Shown piece by piece: positions 25,723-32,000 of a DNA stretch of 32,000 nt. This DNA comes from a bacterium (lineage in GTDB: Bacteria > UBP7 > UBA6624 > JBBIMK01). Numbering within the stretch: position 1 is the stretch's first letter; the number at the start of each line of letters is the position of its first letter. The stretch covers positions 180,001-212,000 of the forward strand of contig JBBIMK010000001.1 in assembly GCA_037444445.1 (NCBI GenBank), read 5' to 3'. A program made the translations under genes and the position numbers. Under the pieces are notes generated by a model that saw nothing but the letters and a program-made list of their open reading frames with translations, had not been told where the DNA came from and did no database searches.

Positions 25723-26178
25723 TTAGAAAGAAAGAAGGCTTTTGAGGGCTTGCCACGCTTCGCGTAAAACCTGAAAGGGGTTCTTTCCCTTTTCCGACTT
25801 TTTACCTTCTTCCGTGGGGAAGGAGGGATTTTTATATAGGCGCTCACCCGGATAGGCGTAGCCATACCGCTCCCGGGCTCTGTTCTCAACCCATTCCGTC
25901 TTTTCCTCCTGCTGAATCCGGTTAGAAAGGGATTGGATAGACGCCTCTGTTTGGCGGATCTGGCGATGTAAGGAAGAAACCTGAATCCTGTGTTGAATGT
26001 ATGCCCAGGATTTATCTACGACCCCGATCAACAGAACCAAAAAGAGATAAAGGATAACAAAATAGAGGAAATAATCTACTGTTTTGTGAGAGATTTGGAC
26101 AAAAAGGGAATGTAACCCGCCATTTCCCGGCGCGGGTCCCACTCCTTCCTTTTTTGAATAATTCTCTTCCACCACCAT
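25723..26178 (-). CDS. FtsB/DivIC-like septum formation initiator
   Basis: 151 aa with a single TM (YFLYFVILYLFLVLLIGVV), a coiled-coil stretch (LHRQIRQTEASIQSLSNRIQQEE) and the family-typical VENRARERYGYAYPGERLY. The start is uncertain. ATG 26178 overlaps the upstream gene by 103 nt. GTG 26142, behind AAGGAAGGA, is an alternative. Confidence 0.6.
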   Translation of the reverse strand: MVVEENYSKKEGVGPAPGNGGLHSLFVQISHKTVDYFLYFVILYLFLVLLIGVVDKSWAYIQHRIQVSSLHRQIRQTEASIQSLSNRIQQEEKTEWVENRARERYGYAYPGERLYKNPSFPTEEGKKSEKGKNPFQVLREAWQALKSLLSF

Positions 26179-27122
26179 GAATGATTAAAATACCATTCTA
26201 CAGTTTTTTCAAGTCCCTGGGTAAAAGATGTGGCAGGGCGCCAGGATAGAAGCCTCTGGACTTTCTCAAAGGAGCCACAGAGGCGGAGAACATGCCCGGG
26301 GCGGTCAGGAACACTCTGAATCTGGCTCTTTGAACGAGGAATAAGAGCCAGAATGCGTTCTGCCACTTCCCGATTGGTTATCTCTATTCCTGTGGCAAAA
26401 TTGAGCACCTCCCCGGAAAGGGAAGAGATATCCGCCTGAAGAAGCAGAAGAAGAGCATCCACATGGTCTGTTACATACAGCCAATCGCGGGTATTTTCTC
26501 CTGCTCCGTAGAGAGGTAAAGGGAAATTTTGTAGTGCATTGATGATGCAAAGGGAAATAAATTTTTCCGGGTATTGATAGGGTCCATAGTTATTGAAGGG
26601 GCGAATCAAGATAACGGGTAGATGGTAGGTTTGATAATAAGCATAGGCAAGGCGTTCGGCTCCCAGTTTGGCGGCTGCGTAAGGGCTCTGGGGATTCAAG
26701 GGGTGCAGTTCTGTCATTGGAATTTGCTGGGCGGAGCCATAAACTTCCGAAGAAGAGATGAAGAGGAAGCGTTCTATTCCCAGATTTCTGGCGGCCTCCA
26801 GGAGTTGGTAAGTTCCATAGACTTCCGTGGTGATGAAATCCTCCGGGTTGGCAATGGAGCGGTCTACATGGGTTTCCGCCGCCAGATGGACAACCGCATC
26901 ACAGGATTTCATCGCCTGAGAAACGACGGATTTATCCCGAATGTCGCCGTGAATAAAAATGAAGCGAAGACTCTTTTGCTCTTCCGGTGTGAAATTTTCC
27001 AGATTTCCTGCATAGGTTAAAGCATCCAGGATAACCACGGTATAGTCCGTTTTCTCCAGGAGGAGTTTCACGAGATTCGTGCCGATAAAACCCGCTCCAC
27101 CGGTTACAAGAATCCGCTTCAT
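26076..27122 (-). CDS. NAD-dependent epimerase/dehydratase, dTDP-glucose 4,6-dehydratase-like (RfbB family)
   Basis: 348 aa with VTGGAGFIGTNL, DALTYAGNLENF, AAETHVDRSI, YAAAKLGAE (YxxxK), NNYGPYQYPEKFI, TRDWLYVTDH and DRPGHVLRL. The usual TDE catalytic triplet reads SSE (ISSSEVYG). Confidence 0.8.
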   Translation of the reverse strand: MKRILVTGGAGFIGTNLVKLLLEKTDYTVVILDALTYAGNLENFTPEEQKSLRFIFIHGDIRDKSVVSQAMKSCDAVVHLAAETHVDRSIANPEDFITTEVYGTYQLLEAARNLGIERFLFISSSEVYGSAQQIPMTELHPLNPQSPYAAAKLGAERLAYAYYQTYHLPVILIRPFNNYGPYQYPEKFISLCIINALQNFPLPLYGAGENTRDWLYVTDHVDALLLLLQADISSLSGEVLNFATGIEITNREVAERILALIPRSKSQIQSVPDRPGHVLRLCGSFEKVQRLLSWRPATSFTQGLEKTVEWYFNHSWWWKRIIQKRKEWDPRREMAGYIPFLSKSLTKQ

Positions 27123-28390
27123 GTGCCCATCTCCCAGGATTGAAGATATTTTTTCTGCTCAGATGAGAGGGAATCTATGGAAATTCCGAGAGACTGAAGT
27201 TTCCATTGAGCCACTTGCCGGTCAATGGATTCTGGAACGGGATAAACCTGTGGCTTCAAGGAAGAAGCAGAGCGAATCAGATAAAGGCAGGAAAGAGCCT
27301 GATTGGCGAAACTCATATCCATCACAGAAGCAGGATGACCCTCTGCGGCGGCGAGGTTCACCAGGCGCCCCTCAGCCAGCAAGTAGATCCGCTTCCCGTT
27401 TTTCAGTGTATACTCAACCACGGACGGGCGAACTCTTCGCTTTGTCCGACTCATTTTTTCCAGTGCCTCCACATCCACCTCCACATTGAAATGCCCGGCA
27501 TTTGCCAGGATGACACCATCTTTCATCCGCTGAAAATGGGGGCGGGAAAATACATGCAGGTCCCCCGTGGCAGTGATAAAAATGTCGCCCACGGAGGCAG
27601 CCTTTAGAGAAGGAAGCACCTGGAAAGAGTCCATCACTGCCTCCAGGGCTTTCACGGGGTCTACTTCAGTGATAATGATATGAGCCCCCATACCCCTGGC
27701 CCGGAGGGCGATACCCCGCCCACACCATCCATAGCCAGCCACCACAACCTTTTTCCCAGCCAGCAGGATATTAGTGGCACGCAGGATGCCATCCAGAGTG
27801 GATTGTCCTGTTCCATACCGATTATCAAACAGGTATTTCGTTCTTGCCTCATTCACGGCGATCACCGGATATGCCAGAATATCTTTTTTTTGCATCTGCT
27901 TCAGGCGAATCACACCCGTAGTGGTTTCTTCCGTTCCACCGATGATATGTTTCACCTGATTTTTTCGCTTTTGATGCAGAGTGGTAATCAAGTCGGCGCC
28001 ATCATCCAGTGTGATATGCGGATTAGCGTCGATAACTCGCAGAATGGACTGATAATAAGTTTTTGAATCTTCTCCCCGGACGGCGAAAACAGGGATATGA
28101 AAATGATGGACGAGAGCGGCGGCGACTTCATCCTGTGTGGAGAGGGGATTGGAAGCACAAAGGAATACTTCTGCCCCTGCAGCCTGAAGGGTCAAAGCGA
28201 GATTGGCGGTTTCCGTAGTGATATGAAGACAGCCACCGATACGAATTCCTCTCAAAGCACGGGTGGTTGAAAATTCCTGGCGAAGGCGCTGGAGCACGGG
28301 CATCTCCCTCGCCGCCCATTCCACCTTCACTTTGCCTTCGTCTGCAAGAGAAATATCAGCGATGTGAAACTTCAGAGAAGAACGGCTCAT
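27119..28390 (-). CDS. ahcY: Adenosylhomocysteinase (short ~420-aa form)
   Basis: 423 aa with ADISLADEGKVKVEWAAREMPVL, DDGADL, GGTEETTTGV, NDARTKYLFDNRYGTGQS-like (VNEARTKYLFDNRYGTGQS), the NAD fold VVAGYGWCGRGIA, and GHFNVE. Confidence 0.95.
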   Translation of the reverse strand: MSRSSLKFHIADISLADEGKVKVEWAAREMPVLQRLRQEFSTTRALRGIRIGGCLHITTETANLALTLQAAGAEVFLCASNPLSTQDEVAAALVHHFHIPVFAVRGEDSKTYYQSILRVIDANPHITLDDGADLITTLHQKRKNQVKHIIGGTEETTTGVIRLKQMQKKDILAYPVIAVNEARTKYLFDNRYGTGQSTLDGILRATNILLAGKKVVVAGYGWCGRGIALRARGMGAHIIITEVDPVKALEAVMDSFQVLPSLKAASVGDIFITATGDLHVFSRPHFQRMKDGVILANAGHFNVEVDVEALEKMSRTKRRVRPSVVEYTLKNGKRIYLLAEGRLVNLAAAEGHPASVMDMSFANQALSCLYLIRSASSLKPQVYPVPESIDRQVAQWKLQSLGISIDSLSSEQKKYLQSWEMGT

Positions 28391-28393
28391 ATT

Positions 28394-28846
28394 TCACCTC
28401 TCGCGGGAATTCAACAGGAGTGTGACGGGGCCATCATTTACCGATTCCACTTGCATGTGAGCGCCGAAAACGCCCTGAAATACCGGGATAGCAAAAAGTT
28501 CTTGCACCCTGCGGCAGAACGAATGGAATAAACGATTCGCCTTCGCAGGTTCTTCAGCGGAAGTAAAGTCGGGGCGTCTGCCCTTTTGAACATTTCCCAG
28601 AAGGGTAAATTCCGAGACCACAAGGATGGGTAATCCCTCATCTACCACGGAGTGTTCCATGCGTTCTTTTCCTTCTCCAGAAAAAATCCGGAGGTGAGGG
28701 ATTTTACCGGCAAGAAATTCCACATCCCCCTCCGTATCATTCTTTTCCACGCCAATATAAACCAGAAGACCCTTCCCCATAGAAGTATGCTCCCGAGCCC
28801 CAATCCAGACCTTAGCGGAAGAAACTCTCTGAATCACCGCTATCAT
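28394..28846 (-). CDS. dtd: D-aminoacyl-tRNA deacylase
   Basis: 150 aa with MIAVIQRVSSAKV, LLVYIGVEKNDT, VVSEFTLLGNVQKGRRPDF and NDGPVTLLL. It has an ATGA overlap with the rel stop. Confidence 0.95.
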   Translation of the reverse strand: MIAVIQRVSSAKVWIGAREHTSMGKGLLVYIGVEKNDTEGDVEFLAGKIPHLRIFSGEGKERMEHSVVDEGLPILVVSEFTLLGNVQKGRRPDFTSAEEPAKANRLFHSFCRRVQELFAIPVFQGVFGAHMQVESVNDGPVTLLLNSRER

Positions 28847-31068
28847 AAGTTCATGCTTCGCTCCACAGACAAGATATCCGCCACTTCTTTTTTCAAATCC
28901 CGAATCAATTGCTCTAACTGTTGAACCCGTTGAATTTCCAGCAAAAAGCGGATGCTTCCTATGTCTTTCCGATATAATTTGACCGTATTAGAAAGGATAT
29001 TGACGCCGTGGTCAGAAATCGTGGTGATGATTTCCTTCAATAAGCCCCTGCGGTTAGGGGCAATGATATTGATTTCCGCCGGATACAGGATGGTGGGATG
29101 AGGAAGCCACTTTCCAGTGAGCACCTGGGAACTAACAGCCTTGTCCACTTCTGCACATTCTGCGCGGTGAAGAATAATTTTACGTTTTTCGCGCATACCC
29201 ACGATAGAATCCCCGTAAATGGGGTAACAGCATTTAGAAAAGAGGACCCGATTCTGCCCTCGCAAGCCATGGAATGAAAGCGCCGCACGGGAAAGGGTAG
29301 TGGAAAGAGAGGTGGATACAGGGATTGGAGGTAACTTCTCTTCTTGCACCATTTTCTTCAACTGGGTGAGATGCAGTTGCAAGAGAGAGTCCACAATTTC
29401 CCTGGGCACCAGTTCACCGCGAAGGACACTCCGATACAGACGGGCAGAATCTTTCAATCTCTTCTGCTGGATATATTCCTTCAGCAGAGATGGGCGTAAC
29501 AGATTGAGGGCATGGAGGCCCCGCTGTAGGATTTCCTGCTCCAGGATACGGCGACCTTCCAGCAGGGTTAATTCCTTCTGTCGGCGCTTGAGATAATTTT
29601 TGATTTTAAACTGGGCTAAAGGGGTTTTCACCCCATCCAGCCAGAGTGGCTGAGGTTCCACATCAGAGCGAGTAACAATTTCCACAGAATCACCCAGTTG
29701 CAGCTGGTAATTCATGGGAACTTCCTGGCCGTTCACCAGGGCTTTCTCATAGTGGTGACCCACTTCTGTATGAATCTTATAAGCAAAATCCAGCGGAGTG
29801 CTCCCACGAGGTAGATACACTTTATCCCCCTTCGGGGTGTAGACAAATATCTCCTGCTGAAAGACTTCCAGTTTCAGAGTTTGAAGAAAATACTGGGGGG
29901 TGGTAGAAGTATCTTCGGAAGATAAAAGCTCACGAATCACGGCGAGGTCCCGAGACAGGAAATTTAATTGAGCACCATTTTTATACAGCCAGTGAGCGGC
30001 AACGCCGTATTCGGCAAGCCGGTCCATCTCAAAGGTGCGAATTTGGATCTCCAGAGGCTCTCCATCATCTGCCATCACCATCGTATGTAAGGAGCGGTAT
30101 CCATTGGGTTTAGGTGAGCCGATATAATCACGAAAATAGCCCTGGATGTAACTCCAGATTTGATGCACGATGGCGAGGGCACGATAACAACTGTCTTCAT
30201 CAGGAACCATAACCCGAAGCCCATAGAGGTCCCGAATCTCTTCAAAACTCAGATTTTGCTCCTGCATTTTCTGATAGATACTGTAGACATGCTTTGAACG
30301 ACCCTTGACCAGGAAATTCATCTCCGGGAAGCGAGCGCGCAGATTATCTTCCAGTTTTCGCTTTAACCGAGAAATCCGAGATTCGCGCTTATGTAATTCG
30401 CGGTGGAGGCGGCGGGAAAGGAGGTCATACTGCCCCGGATTCAGGTTGTGAAAGGCTTCATCTTCCAGAAGAGATTTCAATTTATAAAACCCAAACCGAT
30501 GCGCCAGAGGGGCGTAAAAATCCAGAGTATCCATAGCAATCTGCCGACGCTTGGCTTCATCCGGTAGATACTCCAGAGTCTGTAAGTTATGGAGCCGGTC
30601 CGATAATTTAATCAGCAAAATACGAAGGTCTTGAACGGTCTCAAAAAAGAACTTCCGGAGATTCTCCACCCGTAACTCTTCATCCTTTCTGTGAGCATAC
30701 TGACTGAGTTTGGTGAGCCCTTTCACCAGAGTAAAGATGGTTTCTCCGAAGTAAGAGAGAAGTTCAACAGGTTCCAAAGCGGTATCTTCCAGCACATCAT
30801 GAAGGAGAGCGGCTGCGAGCGTTTCGCTATCAGGCAGAGTGTTTTCCGCCAGAATACCCAGGACGGCGACCAGGTGTGAAAGATAGGGTTCACCGGAGAG
30901 GCGGGTCTGCCCCCGGTGGGCGCGAACTGCCATCCAGAATGCCTCCCATACCAGGTTCTCATCAATATATACTTCTTTTCCCTTGACCTGAAATAACCAT
31001 CGCTGGAGCTCTTTTTCGTATTTCCTCTCTTCGGGGAGAATCTGGTCAGGGGTCAGCAGGGCTGGCAT
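28843..31068 (-). CDS. relA: Bifunctional (p)ppGpp synthetase/hydrolase (RelA/SpoT homolog)
   Basis: Start set at ATG 31068 (MPALLTPDQ...), 13 nt after the recJ stop. The track start at 31275 would overlap recJ by about 190 nt. Domains seen: HD hydrolase (HRGQTRLSGEPYLSHL...ALLHDVLEDT), synthetase (RSKHVYSIYQKM, LYGLRVMV, YRSLHTMV), TGS (IFVYTPKGDKVYLPRGSTPLDFAYKIH), and a C-terminal ACT-like domain. Confidence 0.93.
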   Translation of the reverse strand: MPALLTPDQILPEERKYEKELQRWLFQVKGKEVYIDENLVWEAFWMAVRAHRGQTRLSGEPYLSHLVAVLGILAENTLPDSETLAAALLHDVLEDTALEPVELLSYFGETIFTLVKGLTKLSQYAHRKDEELRVENLRKFFFETVQDLRILLIKLSDRLHNLQTLEYLPDEAKRRQIAMDTLDFYAPLAHRFGFYKLKSLLEDEAFHNLNPGQYDLLSRRLHRELHKRESRISRLKRKLEDNLRARFPEMNFLVKGRSKHVYSIYQKMQEQNLSFEEIRDLYGLRVMVPDEDSCYRALAIVHQIWSYIQGYFRDYIGSPKPNGYRSLHTMVMADDGEPLEIQIRTFEMDRLAEYGVAAHWLYKNGAQLNFLSRDLAVIRELLSSEDTSTTPQYFLQTLKLEVFQQEIFVYTPKGDKVYLPRGSTPLDFAYKIHTEVGHHYEKALVNGQEVPMNYQLQLGDSVEIVTRSDVEPQPLWLDGVKTPLAQFKIKNYLKRRQKELTLLEGRRILEQEILQRGLHALNLLRPSLLKEYIQQKRLKDSARLYRSVLRGELVPREIVDSLLQLHLTQLKKMVQEEKLPPIPVSTSLSTTLSRAALSFHGLRGQNRVLFSKCCYPIYGDSIVGMREKRKIILHRAECAEVDKAVSSQVLTGKWLPHPTILYPAEINIIAPNRRGLLKEIITTISDHGVNILSNTVKLYRKDIGSIRFLLEIQRVQQLEQLIRDLKKEVADILSVERSMNL

Positions 31069-31081
31069 CACAGATACAGCA

Positions 31082-32000
31082 TTAAAAACCTTCCCGCATG
31101 TCCTGTAAATCCAGGGATAAGCGATGGGTGGAGAAATCTCTGGATAGACAGAAAAGAACGGACAGGGTTTTACCGAGGGTTTCCTTCCAGCGGTGACCCG
31201 CATAATGGTAGAAAGCAAAGAGTTTTTTTCCCGCCCTTCCCAGCAAAAGACGAAGATGACGCCCGGAGGTTCCAACTCGCTCGGCAGAGAGGACCTTCAT
31301 ATGGCGCAAAAGGAAGATGGGGGGGGAATTCAAAGGGCCAAAAGGACCTAACTTAGCCAGATGAAACCACAGCTCTGGCGTGATGTCGCGCGGCTGAAGT
31401 TCAGCATCCACACGGATGCGGTCATGGATAATATTCACCTGAATGTGGTGGAGACGCTCTAAAAAGGCTGCCAGATGATGCTTTGGGAAGGAAAGGCCGA
31501 AGGCTTCGGTATGTCCTCCGATATCGGTGAGGATATCTCCAGACAATTCCTGGATAGCAGATTTCAAATGAAAGAAACGGGGAGAGCGAGCGGAGCCCTG
31601 AATTTCATCCGAATCTGGTCGGGGAGCCAAAACCACCACGGGCCTTTTCAAGATAGAAATCAGTTGCCCGGCGATTTGGCTGATGATACCGGTGGACCAG
31701 GCATCCGAATAGAACACCGCCACCTGGTCGGACGCAATTTCTTGTGCCTGCTCCAGCGCTTCTTCCAGGATTCCCCTGGAAAGTTCCTTCCGCTCCTCAT
31801 TCTTCTGCAGGAGTTGATGAAGCAAGCGGGAGGCATGGGACTCATCCTCAGCGAGGAAGAACTCTACGCCTAAGTAGGGGGCATCCCGGCGCCCTGCCGC
31901 ATTCAAAACCGGGGCAATTTTATACATCACTTCTGCCTCGGTAATGACTTTTTGACGCGTCAAAGCAAGAGCCTCTTTCAACACCGACAGAGGGGGTGAA
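31082..32000 (-). CDS. recJ: Single-stranded-DNA-specific exonuclease RecJ, C-terminal part (N-terminus beyond the window end)
   Basis: The frame is open to the right edge of the window. It contains APVLNAAGRRDAPYLGVEFFL, NEERKELSRGILEEALEQA, and DHHA1-like VVLAPRP...GSARS and GGHTEAFGLSF. The recJ-rel-dtd order is a common conserved arrangement. Confidence 0.88.
   Translation of the reverse strand, partial: SPPLSVLKEALALTRQKVITEAEVMYKIAPVLNAAGRRDAPYLGVEFFLAEDESHASRLLHQLLQKNEERKELSRGILEEALEQAQEIASDQVAVFYSDAWSTGIISQIAGQLISILKRPVVVLAPRPDSDEIQGSARSPRFFHLKSAIQELSGDILTDIGGHTEAFGLSFPKHHLAAFLERLHHIQVNIIHDRIRVDAELQPRDITPELWFHLAKLGPFGPLNSPPIFLLRHMKVLSAERVGTSGRHLRLLLGRAGKKLFAFYHYAGHRWKETLGKTLSVLFCLSRDFSTHRLSLDLQDMREGF

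Noticed and set aside
31069-31275. 69-codon N-terminal extension of the rel ORF
   Set aside because: It would overlap the recJ 3' end by about 190 nt. The extra residues are not RelA/SpoT-like. ATG 31068 lies 13 nt after the recJ stop.
1-32000. Scan for CRISPR repeats, IS/transposase or integrase genes, tRNA/rRNA genes and prophage or toxin-antitoxin pairs
   Set aside because: None was recognised. No regularly spaced direct repeats are visible. All ORFs over 100 aa outside shadow frames have housekeeping-type identities. The few intergenic gaps (at most about 160 nt) show no cloverleaf-like sequences. This was a by-eye scan, so short or degenerate elements could have been missed.

Overview
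This is a densely packed bacterial chromosomal segment made up almost entirely of housekeeping genes. I recognised no rRNA or tRNA genes, CRISPR array, transposase, integrase, prophage content or long nucleotide repeats.

Layout:
- Minus-strand block 1-6175: DUF1800 protein (partial), HD hydrolase, a small Met/Gly/Pro-rich secreted protein, and a heterodimeric ABC exporter pair.
- Plus-strand block 6321-21643, about 15 kb and nearly gap-free with many overlapping stop/start codons: rpsP, KH protein, trmD, rplS, lepB, ylqF/rbgA-like GTPase, rnhB, a second lepB paralog, yraN, comM, a NurA-like nuclease, a HerA-like ATPase, enoyl-CoA hydratase, metG, and two tandem M14 peptidase paralogs.
- Then an S9 peptidase (-) and lepA (+).
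- Minus-strand block to the window end: recJ (partial), rel, dtd, ahcY, an RfbB-like SDR, and an FtsB/DivIC-like protein.

The rpsP...comM and recJ-rel-dtd orders look Firmicutes/Terrabacteria-like. I cannot assign a taxon from the sequence alone.

The most system-like element is the translationally overlapped comM / NurA-like / HerA-like trio at 11429-15712. NurA-HerA pairs are already known in some bacteria, so any novelty lies in the coupling to ComM and YraN and in a deviant HerA P-loop. These are hypotheses, not demonstrated facts.

Secondary points of interest:
- A catalytically dead M14 paralog is start/stop-coupled to an intact one.
- Both signal peptidase I paralogs carry a shared, unassigned N-terminal domain.
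- One ABC exporter subunit has a roughly 110-aa extracytoplasmic insertion.

All functional calls come from motif recognition by eye in the supplied translations. No database search was run.
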